A stretch of DNA of 64,000 nucleotides from Leucoraja erinacea (Eukaryota). Where the stretch lies: positions 12,710,001 through 12,774,000 of the forward strand of contig NC_073408.1 in the NCBI RefSeq assembly GCF_028641065.1, in the 5' to 3' direction. The translations under genes were made by a program, and so were the position numbers. How positions within the stretch are numbered: the stretch's first letter is position 1; every line of letters starts with the position of its first letter. Below are positions 1 through 13,050 of this stretch, piece by piece. Under the pieces are notes generated by a model. It was not told where the DNA came from and did no database searches. It saw only the letters and a list, made by a program, of their open reading frames with translations.

Positions 1-389
1 TGTCCAGATGCTTCGTAAATTTTGTGAGAATCTCTGTCTAAATGCCAGGCATTGTTTAAAATTGCAGCCATCCTCTTAGTGAAAAGAAATCTCCACACTC
101 AACCTATTTCTCACTGTGAATCTACATTATGTCCTCTGCTCTTGTGCACCGTTGCCGTGGGGATGTTTGATACTATTTACCTCACCAATGCTTATCATAA
201 TTTTGTATAGCTCTTTCAGATTCCAAAAAAACTCTTGAAGCTGTCAAACATGACTTCAGAAATCCATGTTTTACACCCAATCGCATCATTTATTTTGTGT
301 CCTGTTACCAATAATAATGTTTTTTTTTTACCATTTTTACCATTTCTGGTATTGGGTTTAGAGGGATCTAGAAGTAAATATTGCACTGA

Positions 390-740
390 AGGTGGCATCG
401 CAAGTACACAGGGCGTTGAAGGAGGTTTTGGTGTCTTGGCCTTCAGTCAGGGAATTGAGCACAGAAGTTGGGACTTTGTTACAGTTGTATAAGACACTGG
501 TTAGACTGCACGTGGAGTACTCTGTTCAGTTTTGGAACACAGTAGGAAAGATGTCATTTAGCTGGTGAGAGTGCAGGGAAGATTGACAAGGATTCTACCA
601 GGACACGAGGATTCTGAGCTATAGGGCGAGATTGGATTGGCAATTACCATTTCTTGGAGTGCAGGATGTTGAGGGGTGATATCACAGATGAGAATAAAAT
701 CATGAGCAGAGTAGATAGAGTGAATTGACTAATCCTACCT
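390..740 (+). mobile_element. Decayed CR1-type LINE fragment (3' part of ORF2)
   Basis: Contains typical CR1 stretches such as 'ttgtataagacactggttagactgcacgtggagtactctgttcagttttgg' and 'tttcttggagtgcaggatgttgaggggtgat'. No open frame. Confidence 0.75.
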
Positions 741-1092
741 TATCGTGTTTTATTTTCCAACATTTCAATTAGTTCCCTTGTACATTCTACCATTCATGCA
801 CATGGTAGGAGCAATTTATAGTCTCTATAAACCTAGCAATCTGGATTTGGAATGTATGAATGTTTTTGTATGTTTCATACTGTGTGAAAAATCTGTCCCT
901 CACCTTCCCATTAAATCTTTCTCCTCTTACCATAAACCCATCACCTCTAGTTCTTGATTCCCCAACCTTGGGAAAGCAGAGCACCTTTAAGAAAAACCCA
1001 GTCATGGGGAAAATGTGCAAATTCGATACAGACAGCACTAAATATCAAAATGCAACACGAGGCACTGAAGCTGTATGACAACAACTCTGTTA

Positions 1093-2100
1093 CAAGGCTG
1101 CCAACTCTCACGCATTGAACATGAGACTCACACATTTAACGAAATTCTTCTCACACTGATCACAGAATTCCTCACGCTCAAAAAAACAAATTTTGGTTTA
1201 AAAAAATAAATAAATAAAGTCACAGGCAATTCAATTCGCCCAAGGCTTCCAGATCTCCTCCACACTCACCAATGAGAATAGTTTTCTGTCGGCGGGTTTC
1301 CCGTGAAGAACGAACAATTTGATTGCTTAAGCCCATCGCACACTATTTAAAATGTAACTGCAGTACTAATCATTCCATTTGACATTCATGGAACCAAAAT
1401 CTGCAGGTGCTAGAAATTCAAAATAAACTAAAAATTGTTTTAGAGGTGAGTAAAAATAAAAACCATGAGGGGAATATATATGATAGTTTTTCCCGGGATA
1501 TGTGATTCAAGATCTAGAAGGCATTGGTTTAAAGCCGGGGTGTCAAACTACCGGCCCACGAAGGGGTCCAATCCGGCCCGTGGGATGATCTGGGGAAAAT
1601 AAGTAGTTTAGTTTAGAGTCGAAAATACACATTCCCGTACAGATGGTGTGATAGGTGAGACACAGCGGTAGACCCAGCACCGACCCCTGAGGCACCGCTC
1701 ACAACTCTCACCCTCAATTCCGGCGGCTCTGTGTCCGTTGTCCGCTATGTCCACACCCAATGGAGTTTTAACCCCGGCCCGGAGCCAGCAGTGGACCGGA
1801 TGAGTTGGTGCCGCCTCCGGAGCTGCGGGGATGAATCTCGGGCTAAGGCACCGCTCCGACGCCCGACCCCCGGGTCATTGACCCTCAACCTCCCCTGTAA
1901 GTGTAAGTTAAAAGACTCGCCACAGTGTGCACCAGATTGCACAATTTCAAGCTGAAAAATGTAAAAGCTTTTTACCGTGTGACGGGGGACACCTTCCTCA
2001 CCTCCACCACCCCCCCCCCCCCCCCCCCCCCACCACCACCTCGGTCGCTGCACTCCCTCACAATTTCTCACTCTCAACTCACCCAATGTTGGCAGCCCTG
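1093..2100 (+). mobile_element. hAT-superfamily non-autonomous element with nested fragments
   Basis: TIRs CAAGGCTGCCAAC (1093) and GTTGGCAGCCCTG (ends 2100). Flanks ctgtta/ttgtta suggest a 6-bp TSD with one mismatch. Confidence 0.6.
1535..1600 (+). mobile_element. hAT/Charlie-like left terminus
   Basis: CCGGGGTGTCAAACTACCGGCCC...AATCCGGCCCG resembles the CAGGGGTGTCAAAC Charlie-type end. It follows gtttaaag inside a CR1 remnant (~1440-1534). Confidence 0.6.
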
Positions 2101-2472
2101 TTGTTAGCTATGTCACTGCTGTACTCCGTTCTGTTCCTTCCAAGCAACAATACACACAAGCCTTAATTGCAGCCTATGTTAATACATCATCTCAAATCGA
2201 GTTTGGTAATTTTCCTGTTAATTGATTCAAGATGCCCTTTGTTAAAGGTCCTAATTTATATGCATATTGGTTTATAGTGTAGTTGGCATTTTGTGTTTGT
2301 ACCGTGGAAGAGCAGAAACCTGATAATAGACAGTCTCTTTGTCAACAACGCTTAAATAATCTGCTTTGTGCTGTAAATTGTTTCAGATTTCATCTTTTGC
2401 ATTTTTAGAATTTTTCCATGTTCTTGATACATTTCAAATATATTATTTTGACCTCACTCAAGATTTAAGTTA

Positions 2473-2737
2473 AAACCGAGATGAGAAGAACTTTTTTCAC
2501 ACAGAGAGTGGTGAATCTCTGGAACTCTCTGCCGCAGAGGGTAGTCGAGGCCAGTTCATTGGCTATATTTAAGAGGGAGTTAGATGTGGCCCTTGTGGCT
2601 AAGGGGATCAGAGGGTATGGAGAGAAGGCAGGTACGGGATACTGAGTTGGATGATCAGCTATGATCATATTGAATGGCGGTGCAGGCTCGAAGGGCCGAA
2701 TGGCCTACTCCTGCACCTAATTTCTATGTTTCTATGT
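2473..2737 (+). mobile_element. CR1 LINE 3' end
   Basis: 'gagatgagaagaactttttcacacagagagtggtgaatctctggaa', the 3' UTR 'ggctcgaagggccgaatggcctactcctgcacc' and a (tttctatg)n tail. Confidence 0.9.
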
Positions 2738-3344
2738 TAAGGATGTTAAAATTATTTTTCATTTGGTGAATTAGTCAGAAATGTGAGTTTGTGAATGACT
2801 GATCTTCCGAAAATACATATTTGCCTCTGCTTCTGACATGTCTTATGTTGTTAAATAACAAAATGAAGCAATTACTAATTGATAGATCTCCAGATTTTAA
2901 ATTCTGACCCCATAGAAGAATACTCTTTAAAATTGATGAAAGCAGTTCAGAAAAGCATCAGTCGTTTTTGCGTGAAACATCTGAATTATCTTCAATATAA
3001 TTTCTCTGCACTCAATGCATTCAACAGGAGAGTAGGCGTATGAATCACGCCTATTAGCACAGCTTTCATAGTTATGGTTTTTCTCAACCTGTCATCATTC
3101 CCTGCAGATCGAGAAGTTGTTAAAGCATTTCTGAGAAGTGCAAAGACCCAGTTTGCAGCCCAGCTGAGATTTAACATTATTTAATATTCATGTCTGTGGG
3201 CATGGTATTACTGCACATGCTGGAAATCTCGAAAATAAGACCAGGTGATGCGTGAAAAACTCAGCAGGCCAGGCAGCATTTGTGAAAAGAGAAATCGAGT
3301 TAACATTTCAGTTTGAAGACTGTCAGTCCAAGTCTGCATTCATT

Positions 3345-4036
3345 TAAGGTAGACACAAAATGTGGGGCAGGAGAGAAGGAATGGGTGACGTTTCTGGTCG
3401 AGACCCTTCTTCAGACTGATGTCGGGTGTGGGCGGGACAGAGATAGAATGTAGTCAGAGACAATAAGACTGGTGGGAGAACTGGTAAGGGATGGAGAGAG
3501 AAGGAAAGCAAGGGGTATTTGATGTTAGAGAAGTCAATGTTCATACCGCTGGGGTGTAAGCCACCCAAGCGAAATATGAGGTGCTGGTCCTCCAATTTGC
3601 GCTGGGCCTCACTCTGACAATGGAGGAGACCCAGGACAGAAAGGCCAGATTGGGAATGGGAAGGGATGTTAATGTGCTGAGCAACCGGGAGATCAGGTAA
3701 GTTAAGGCGGACTGAGCTGAGGTTTTCAGCGAAACGTTCGCCGATATACAGGAGTTGACACCTGGAACAGCGGATACAGTAGATGAGGTTGGAGGAGGTG
3801 CAAGAGAACCTAAAAGGAGTCCTTGGATGGAGCAAGGAGGGAGGTAAAGGGACAGGCGTTGCATCTCCTGCGGTAGCAGGGAACAGTACCTAGGTTCTGG
3901 GGGTGGTTTGGGTAGGCAGGGACGAGTTGATCAGGGAGTTCCGGAGGGAACGGTCTCAGTGGAAATCAGAAAGGGGTGGAGATGAAAAGATATGGCCAGT
4001 AGTGGAATCCCGTTGGAGGTAGCAAAAATGTTGGAC
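3345..4036 (-). mobile_element. Penelope-like element, GIY-YIG endonuclease fragment plus terminal repeat
   Basis: ORF 3344-3835 reads FSCTSSNLIYCIRCSRCQLLYIGE...PVAQH...RKLEDQHLIFRLGGLHPSGMNIDFS, a GIY-YIG-type domain of Penelope elements. It is followed by the ctgaagaagggtctcgacc.gaaacgtc terminus. Confidence 0.85.
3387..3414 (-). ncRNA. Minimal hammerhead ribozyme-like core in Penelope terminus
   Basis: Minus strand CTGAAGA-AGGGTCTCGACCA-GAAA-CG-TC gives CUGANGA / stem II / GAAA / palindromic ACGU stem III / UC. There is one stem II mismatch. Confidence 0.6.
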
Positions 4037-4330
4037 ATTTCGAGGGCCATAGGACATAGGTTTAAGGTGAAGGGGAAAAGACATAATAGGATTTTGAGGG
4101 GGTAACTTTATCACACAAAGGGTGGTGGGTGCATGTAACAAGCAACCAGAGGAGGTAGTTGAGGCAGGAACTATCACAAAGTTTAAGTAACAGTTATGGA
4201 TAGGTCAGGTTTAGAGCGATATGGACCAAACGCGGGCTGGACGGACTAGAGTAGCTGGGACTTGTTGGCCTGTGTGGGCAATTTGGTCTGAAGGGCCTGC
4301 TTCCACACAATATTGCTCCGTGATTCTATG
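4037..4330 (+). mobile_element. CR1/HER1-type LINE 3' end
   Basis: 'ggacataggtttaaggtgaagggg...aactttatcacacaaagggtggtgggtgcatg' and tail 'ctgaagggcctgcttccaca...tgattctatg'. Confidence 0.8.
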
Positions 4331-5420
4331 CTCGAGTAACTCAGTGGGGCAGGCAGCATCTCTGTAGAACATTGATAGCTGAGCTTTTGGGTTGGGACCC
4401 CTTTTCAGACAGATTGTGTGTTGGTGGTGGGGGATGGGAAAGAAAGCTGGAAGAGAGGGGCAGGAACAAAGCATGGCAGATAATAAGTGAACACAGGCGG
4501 GTGGGGGTGGGGGGGGGGGGGGGGGGGGGGGGTTGATATGCAGATGATTGGTAAATACCAGGGATGAAAAAACAGATGATGTGAGACTAGAGGATTGAAG
4601 AGTTGTGCATTGTGGAGCCAAAGGTAGGAATGTAGTTGGATGGGGGAGAGGGGAATATGTGTGAGTCCAGTGGGGCACAGGGAAGGGGTGGGGATGCAAA
4701 CAAAAGGTGGGGGAAGGATGGAGTGTTTGTTGGAGGTTACCTAAAGTTGGAAAATTCAATGTTCATACCGTTACCCAACTATCACAAGCTACCCCAAGCT
4801 ACCCAATTGGAATTTGATATGCTGTTCCTCCAGTTTGCTTGTGACCTCACTCTGCCAAAGGAGAAGGCCCAGGACAGCATGGGAATGGTTAGCAACGGGG
4901 AGATCCATTCGGCCTTGACAATGAGTGTAATTGTTCAGCGAAGTGGTCGCAGCGTCTGATCTGTGATGCTTGGTCTCGCCAACGTAAGGGATGCCATATA
5001 CAGCTGATGAGGTTTGAGGAGGTGCATGTGAACATCTGTCTCCACCGGAAGGAATGCTGGGGTCCCGAGATGGATGTAAGGGAAGAGGTATAGGGACAGG
5101 TGCAGGATCTCCCATTGTAGCAGGGGTAAGTACCTGACGTAGTTTAGATGGGAAGGCATGAATGAACCAGGGAGTTGTGGAAGAAACCGGTTCTGCGGAA
5201 GGCAGAAAGGGGTGTGGTGGGGAAGATGTGAATGGTGGTGGCAGAAATGTCAGAGAATACTGTTTTGGTTAGTGGAGCGAAAGCTGAGGACCATGGAAAC
5301 TTCATCCTTGTTCATGGAGGGGGAGAGTGAGATTAGATACAGAGGAGACACAGGTGAGGGATCCATCTATGATAGTAGGGGGACACCACTTTTACTAAAG
5401 TAAGAACTCTTCTGTGATGT
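4331..5420 (-). mobile_element. Decayed Penelope-like element
   Basis: ORF 4789-5115 contains YVGETK...DLPVANH...KLEEQHIKFQLGSL, with a terminal-repeat-like segment at ~4335-4410. Confidence 0.8.
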
Positions 5421-5832
5421 CCTAAATATGACCATGTATAATGGTGCCTGCACCTCATATTTTCCATTGATGTGTTTTGGATCATTTACATGATGGCTCA
5501 AATTATGCATTCTGATATGGGCGGTGATGTCTCAGAAGAATTATGTTTATCCTGGGCAGACATCAGAAAGATTCCTCTATAATTATCACAATCAGAAATC
5601 TTCTTTCATGACGATTGTCATCATTACAGCTTATCTGCAATGCTCTCTCTTCTAATTAGATATGGAAAATGAGGTAATTGATTTGTTTTTGGAGTGTTTC
5701 TTGCCATGTTTACTACTTCAGCAGGATTTCGTCTGATCCAGACTCTTGTTTTCAGTTGTTGCATATCCTTTTAAACCACCTGCTAAGCGTGGTTATGATG
5801 GGGTTGAATCATGAATCAAGCAACAGAATAAT

Positions 5833-6125
5833 TTAGTTTAGTTTAGAGATACAGCGTGGAAACAGGCCCTTCTGCCCACCGGGTCCATGCCGATCAGCGA
5901 TCCCTGCATATCCTACACACACTGGGGACAATTAAAAATATATATATTTACCAAGCTAATTCTGTTTGGAGGTACGTATTTGTAATGTGGGAGGAAACTG
6001 AAGATCTCGGAGAAAACCCGCGCGGTCACGGGGAGAACGTACAAACTCCGTACAGACAGTATCCTTAGTCGGGATCAAACTCGGGTATCTGGCATTGTAA
6101 GGCAGCAAATCTATGCTGTGCAGTG
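5833..6125 (-). mobile_element. tRNA-derived V-SINE (HE1-like)
   Basis: tRNA-like head with B box (gagtttgatccc on minus), V-domain-like 'tctgtacggagtttgtacgttctccccgtgacc', CR1-like tail and (ctaaa)n end. Confidence 0.85.
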
Positions 6126-7239
6126 GTAAATATTGATTAGTCATAACTGAATAGGTTAATATAAATGTATTCTGGGATTTTTAACTATTTTTGGAGTCCA
6201 GTTTCATAATCCTATTCATCCTATTCATTCCTCTGAATCTGGTCTTAACATTACTCTGAATCTGGTATATATCTGGTATATATGTGTTTTTTGGGGTGCA
6301 ACTCACAGCTTTGCTGGTACTGGGTCAGTTCTTGGTTTTTGCATTATTGACGAGTGGGGGAGTCCTGGTAAGGAAAATAATTCGAACATTCTATGGTTAG
6401 AGGGAACATGTCTAACATCATGGAGTTTGCCATGTTTTGGGAGTAATGGCATTCTTGAGCTTTTGAAACCGTCATGGTACTGTCCTATCTATTGGGATAA
6501 TGGGGTACTCCTATCTGTTCATATAATGACTAACAGAATTGAAAGTGTCTCGCACTTAAGAACTATTGGGAACATTCCTAGGCAGAATTGAATGCAGAAT
6601 TCTAAATTTCCACCAGGGAGAGCGTGGTAAATAAATGGAAGATGATTATACCATGAATTTACAGTGCTGCTCTACTTTGTGTGGAACATAAACACTGGCT
6701 TTGACTAGTTTGGTTGAATGCCTTGTAGCTGTATGGATATTCTGTGCTAAATGCACTTTGAACATCACTTGTTTAGAAAAAACAATTCTCAATACACAAA
6801 TTGGTATCGAACCAAAGCCTTGCCCAGTCTTTTATTATACCAACAAAATGTGTTAACCATCTGAACCACAATGAAAGCAAGATTATAAAACATTTATCAG
6901 AATGCACCATGAAAAATTGGGAAGACATTTATAAGACACATGAACAGTGTCAATCCAACCATCAAAGCAAATATTTGCAACATGATATTAAATTGGGAAG
7001 TGATATTAGTTAAATAGAAAAATAATCTTGTATTTAATAAATTATGTAGTTTTCTTAAAATTTCAGAGGCAGAAACCCCTGGAAAATCTACATAACGACA
7101 TACATATGTCTTGAAATGTAGTTTATCATAAACATTTTCAAAACTTAATAGCTCTTGAATTTTCTTTTTTTCTGAAATCTTCTCTCCGGCTTTCACTCCC
7201 CCCCCCAGTCTTACCCATTGCAATGCTTAGCCTGTGCTT

Positions 7240-7680
7240 TGCAGTTGCCTGTCACTTTAATCCTCGCCCCCCCCCCCCCTCGCCCACAACCTCCCCCCCA
7301 TCATTACATTTAGCCTCTGCCTTTGGTTTCATACGTTGCTTCAATGGTGCCCAAGTGGATGTGAAGAACAGCACCTCAGCTTCCATGTGGGTATCTTGCA
7401 ACCTTCAAGATTTGATGCTGAATGTAAGAATTTCAGGTGTCTAGGTTTTTTTCCCCGAGTTACAGCCGTTCCTTTCTGTTTCATTTTATCTCCCAGAACT
7501 GCGCTTCTTAAAAAATATTGTCTTGTCTTTAGTACATAGATTATTTCTGTTCTTTCCACATGCCCCACTTCCCTGCAGCTTATAACATACTTATTTACTT
7601 GTTTTTCCAGTTCTGAAAGAAGCTGCTTGACCTCAAACATTGACTATCTGCTGTATTTTAGATGTCTAACATCAACAGTT
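7240..7680 (+). mobile_element. Old Penelope-like fragment
   Basis: Translated pieces AVACHFN and EEQHLSFHVGILQPS match the GIY-YIG C-terminus. A decayed ctgaaagaag...aaacattg terminus lies at ~7612-7642. Confidence 0.65.
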
Positions 7681-8189
7681 CTTTGCGCCAATTATATTTG
7701 GATAGTTCACTTTCTCTCCCATTAAAGAGAATGCATAGTTTATCACAGAATAGTGCAGTTTTAGAATAGAACATCATTGCTTATACTGTTCAGTTAAGGA
7801 AATAAGTATAATTGGCCATCTAACCATTCCAGCTGCAAACCATGAACGATCTATTTGAAACAAGTAATTAAGCACAGATTTTGGCCCTTATTTGTTGATT
7901 GACAGTGAAAGGCGATTAACTTTTGAAGGTAGTTACTGTATTCCTATTTCAACAAAATCAGTTTGTGCCGAATGGCCTAATTCTACTCCTATCACATATG
8001 ACCTTGCGCCTGTTATACTATTCAGTAAGATTCTACCTGGTCTTTACTTCAGTTTCACTTTGCTGCATTAAACCCACATCTTTTGATCTAAAAATATAAA
8101 ATCTATAGGTTGCCCTGCCTTTTTTTGTGGACAAATTGGTGCCAGTACACATCAATTAAAAATGGAGCTACATTTATCAATAATATTTT

Positions 8190-8565
8190 ACCTGAACTCC
8201 CGGTGGCTCAGCACTTCAACTCCCCCACCCATTCCCAATCCGACCTCTCTGTCCTGGGTCTCCACCATTGCCAGAGTGAGCAACACCGGAAATTGGAGGA
8301 ACAGCACCTCATATTCCGCCTGGGTTGCTTGCGACCGGATGGCATGAACGTTGAATTCTCCCAGTTTTGCTAGCCCTTGCTGTCTCCTCCCCTTCCTTAA
8401 CCCTCGAGCTGTCTCCTCCCATCCCCCCGCCCTCGGGCTCCTCCTCCTCCCTTTTTCCTTCCTTCTCCCCCCCCCCCCCCCCCAAGGGTTTCCCCAACGT
8501 CGCCTATTTCCTTCAGTCTAGAAGCTGCACCCACTGGTTTCTCCAGCATTTTTGTGACCCCGATC
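8190..8565 (+). mobile_element. Penelope-like 3' fragment
   Basis: ORF 8110-8373 contains ELPVAQHFNSPTHS...RKLEEQHLIFRLGCLRPDGMNVEFSQF. Confidence 0.85.
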
Positions 8566-10154
8566 TTCCAGCACGTTCCTTCGAATATTTTACCTCAGTT
8601 TTCCCTCCTTCTGATTTTGACGAGCAATTTCTAATTTAATAAACTAACAACTAAAAAGTGAAAAACTGAGTTAAAATTCTAAAAATTTAATCTAGTTTTT
8701 AACTTTTAGAGTACCATCATACAAATAGCACTGGATATATGTAAACAAATACCATATTGATCTGTGGAAGCAATGCCGAGATCTTGATTGCAGTGGTCTT
8801 GCTATGGAGCAGTCTACATTGGAGATGGAGCATCTACATTGCAGATGGACCATCTGCTTCATTTTTGTCACCTCTGATGGCTGTTAAGTCCACCAAACAC
8901 TGAGCTAAGGTTAATATTTTATACTTGTTGATGTGTAACTGCACTATTTTAGTGGCAGTGGGGTAGGTTCTTCCTCAGCTGAATGGAAGTTATCAAAATG
9001 TGTCGCGGTGCTCTTTAGGCATACATCAAGGCAATTCTTTTCAGTGATAGTGGGTAATTAAAAGATTTCCTCGAAAGGTAATAGTGACGACTGGCCTATT
9101 GATTATTGGCAATGAGGATTTTGTGAAGTGATATCTATTTTATTGCTTTTGTTCTTTGCCTTGGAAAGACCAGTAATATTTTTGATAATCCTAGATTTAA
9201 GCTTGGTGCGTTAGTGTAAATTTCCATTAAACCAGATTTTTGAAGGAGTAGAGTTGCCACATTGAGCCTGTTGTTGCTTGAACAAGTTGGAATGAGCGGT
9301 GGAGTGGTATCAATTAGTTACAAAAGATGATTATTAAATCTGTTTATTCGATTTAGGAAAATATTGAATTTTGACACTTGGGAGGCAAATAATGGTAGTT
9401 AAAATGAAAATATAACATTCCTATCTGTTATATTACCATGCAGAGATTTGCTGGCTTTCAACTTCAATTGCCAATAATACGATACATTTATACAATTAAA
9501 TTTTTTTTCTTTTGGGATTTAGATAACTACACAAGTTGTACTTTCAGTCAAGGATATGATCAGTCAAAACTACAATGTAAAATTGTTTGTATTTTTAGTT
9601 AAATATTATGAAATATATTTGTCTATGTAGCTATATAATTGGTTTGTAACCCATTGAAATCCTCCGGAGTGCAAATTGGACCAATAAATTTGAAAACTAA
9701 TTTTGTTGTCACCATTCTGTCAGCTGCTAAATGCTTAAAAATAAAGAGGAAACTAACAGACGCCGAGTCTGTGATTAAATATTGAAATACAATTTTGATT
9801 TTGAGGGGATTTGCTTTTATCTTGCACATCTTGGAACTTGCCAAAGTACAACATCACCAATTAATGAAGAAAATTGTCACCGCTTGTTTTCACGAAACGG
9901 CCTCTTGAGCAGCAATGAGACCAAGCAATTTTAGTGGTGCTTGAGTCTTCTTAAATTGTGACCATATAATTGAATTGAATGTTGTAAATATAAAAAACAA
10001 TCATGTTATTGAGAGCTGTGGGGAATTTGTACAGAAGCGATGAGTTGATCAGCCATAATTATATGGATTGAGGGGCTGAGTTACTCTCCTATGTCCCTAG
10101 TTTAGGTTAGATTTTATTTTGCCATATTAATTCAAATTTATTAAGATTTATATT

Positions 10155-10460
10155 TAAGTTTAGTTTGAATATACAATGAGGAAACAGACCGTACGGCCCA
10201 ATGAGACCGCGCCGACCAGCGATCCCCGTACACTTGCACTATCCTACACTCTAGGAACAATATACAATTTTTATCACAGCCAATTAACCTACAAAACTGT
10301 ATATCTTTGAGTGTGGGATGAAACTGGAGCAACCGGGGCAAACCCATGCGGTCACGGGGAGAACATACGAATTCCATACAGACAGCACCTGTAGTCAGGA
10401 TCGAACCCGGGTCTCTGGCACTATAATGCAGCAACGCTACCTCTGTGCCACCGTGTTGCC
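10155..10460 (-). mobile_element. tRNA-derived V-SINE (HE1-like)
   Basis: Same layout as 5833-6125. Head 'ggcaacacggtggcacagagg...cccgggttcgatcctg' has A and B boxes. Confidence 0.85.
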
Positions 10461-10749
10461 CTTTCATGATAAATGAAGGGAGAAAACATAGTTAATACCT
10501 AAACCAACTAACTAATCTGTTCCTCTGTTTTATTAAAACATTGGGTCAAATTTAATGGCAATAAAAATGTTCAGTTAAGAAGAATTATGCGAGGTTAAAT
10601 CTATTTCCTATCTGAATTTGGATCTTCTGTACCTTACAGAAACTTCATATCCCAGATTGCAATGAAGTGGCTAAAGGAAGAATGCTGGAAAAGCTGAAAA
10701 ATAACTGAAAAGATTTTTAAACAGTCTAATTGTTTATTCCCTTTTGCAA

Positions 10750-10905
10750 CAGAGCATTACAGTGAGGAGGTGCTTGGTAGACTCACTGTGGTGGATGTTA
10801 AACTGTGTTCATTGTGTATTCTGTTATTTTATTCTCTGTCATGACTGCAAGGTACGTAATTTTGTTCAAACTAAAAGTTTGAATGACAATAAAGGATACT
10901 TTATA
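10750..10905 (+). mobile_element. Non-LTR retroelement 3' UTR remnant
   Basis: Similar to the reverse complement of 44845-45003 ('gtgaggaggtgcttggt..actcactgtggtggatgttaa'). Ends in aataaa plus a short repeat. Confidence 0.7.
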
Positions 10906-10910
10906 CTTTA

Positions 10911-12036
10911 ACTATATCACTAAAAGTCTGACCTAGACCACTTCCTGTTCTGTATACTGATTTTAGAAAAAACGCTGCCACTTACGGCTGTGATTTTTGG
11001 CCATCGTACTCCCCTCTGCTGTGCAGGACAAGGGGATATTTCCCATCGATGGATAATAAAAGAGTTATTAGTGTTTAAAAAAATGTTGAGATTCTCTCTC
11101 CTGAAGGCCACGCCCCTTCCGCAGAGACTATAAAACCGGGAAGTGTTGAGTGCCTCAGTCAGTCTCTGCAAGATGGGGGAGCGAGAGGGTCACGTCTCTC
11201 AGTCTGAGCTGTGAATAACACTGAACACATGTCTACTAAACTGTGAGTGGTTTTACTGACCTGTCAGTGCCCTTAATGTGGTTTGATAATATAGTTTGGA
11301 AATGCTAAAGCTGTGTTGCCTTTGGTTTGGAAATGCTAAAGCTGTGTTGCCTAATGCTAAAGCTGTGTTGCCTAATTAAAGTTGCCATGCCTAATTAATG
11401 TTGGCTTGCCTTATTAAAGTTGCCTTGCCTAATTAAAGTTGCCTTGCCTAATTAAAATTGCCTTGCCTTCTATATAATTAAAAGTCTAATCTTGATCACT
11501 TTCTGTTTACGCTTTATGTTCATTTTAGAAAAAAACGCTACCACGTATCTTACTCGGAGTCCTCCTCCGTTCATCAGGTGCTGAGGATTTTTCCCATCGA
11601 CGAAAAATAAAAGAGTTATTAGTGTTTAGAAAATGTTGAGATTCTCTCTCCTGTCAATCATGCCATGAAGGCCACACCCCTTCTGGTGTGAGGGGGGTGA
11701 GGGACTATAAAACCCAGAAGTGTGGGCATGGCTGAGTCTCTGCAAGATGGAGGAGGGAGAGGTCATGACTCGGTCTTTAGTGGTCTTGCACCCTGCTTGA
11801 AATGGTATGAAACTGCACTTGAATTTGGTGGCCTTGCACCCTGCTTGAAATGGAATTTCAAGGAATAGCCGTGAGTCAACTGCCAGCTCACCAGCTGTGA
11901 GTGAGTGAGCTGCCAGCACAACGGGCTTGAGTGACTGAGCCGCCAGCCCAATAATCCATTCGGCCCACAATGTCCATGAAGGCCCTCTGGAAACCAGTCC
12001 CTTCAGCCCACAACACCCATACTAGCACACCAGAAA
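10911..12036 (+). mobile_element. Non-autonomous Helitron with two tandem 5' ends, 3' end apparently truncated
   Basis: The Helitron-type start TCTATATAATTAAAAGTCT is at 11469, with a diverged copy (actatatcactaaaagtct) at 10911. The ~280-bp modules are homologous. It has internal minisatellites and no TIRs or TSD. Confidence 0.65.
11290..11468. repeat. Minisatellite inside Helitron (aatgctaaagctgtgttgcct / taattaaagttgccttgcc units)
   Basis: Directly visible tandem 19-21 bp units. Confidence 0.9.
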
Positions 12037-13050
12037 ACATTGGGTATGTTGCATTGGGTTATTGGAAACATGTAATCCTAGAAAATATTGTAGCACCCAA
12101 TCTTTAGATTCCCAGTGCAGGCAATGACAGGTGAACATGTTTAATCAAAAGTACACATCATAAGTGTTTTTCTTAATGATCCACCCATCTTCGAATCTTT
12201 TGTGTTTGCATACCCCAGACACATCTCTTCCTGCAGCAGAGCAAGCACACTAAACTAATCAGGTCCCCGGACTAGAGTATTGAACTTCTTTGCTTCCATG
12301 AATATGTATTGAAGCAAAAAAAATAGTAGTTACTAAAACAACGTCCTCCCCACATGCGGCTTAAACCTCATGATTTTTATGTTTTGAAAAGCCAAAAGCT
12401 ATGTACCTGTACTGATATTTGTCCACAGCCCTCACCCCTGAATCAAATGACTTGGCATATTATCACAGTGAATAAATGTAAGGATTAATTTTCTCCTATT
12501 GTGTCTTCATCGTCTGCAACTCACCTACTGCGTTTGAAGTTGATTGCACAAATCAGATATGTAGCTCCCATAATTGCTTTCTCTCCTTTCATTTTAATCC
12601 TCGGCACTCAATCTAAATGGTCCATCCACAAAACAGGCACTGTCAAAATTCCATAATTATAGATGATTTGTCTTTCTGAGTGAAGAAAATTTGTCAGATT
12701 TTTGCAAAAATGAAAGAACCATCTAAGTTCTTATCAAACCGGCTGTCAAGGAAACCTTTGTGTACATGATAGATAGTCTGGGAGATTCTTCTGCCTACTT
12801 TTGTCCATCATTTTCTCTGAAAGCTCTTATGAAGTTAGGCAGTGCATTATATTCAAGCTGAGCAACAAAACACCGTGAATGATTACTTCATGGAATACAA
12901 ACTAGCATAACTGGAATGTTTTTTGAATAACATCAAAAATAGTTAACTATAGATAGAATTCTGTGGTGATTTAGAAATTATGAATTTTACTAAATTAACT
13001 ATTCATATCATGCAGCAAAATTCTGATAATTCTGTCAGTTCTGGATCTGG

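Noticed and set aside
8800-8860. 20-bp triple repeat (atggagcatctacattgcag) and similar small duplications at ~18145-18225
   Set aside because: Ordinary slippage duplications with no spacer structure.
11290-11468. CRISPR-like appearance of short repeats
   Set aside because: Contiguous tandem units without unique spacers, in eukaryotic DNA with no cas genes.
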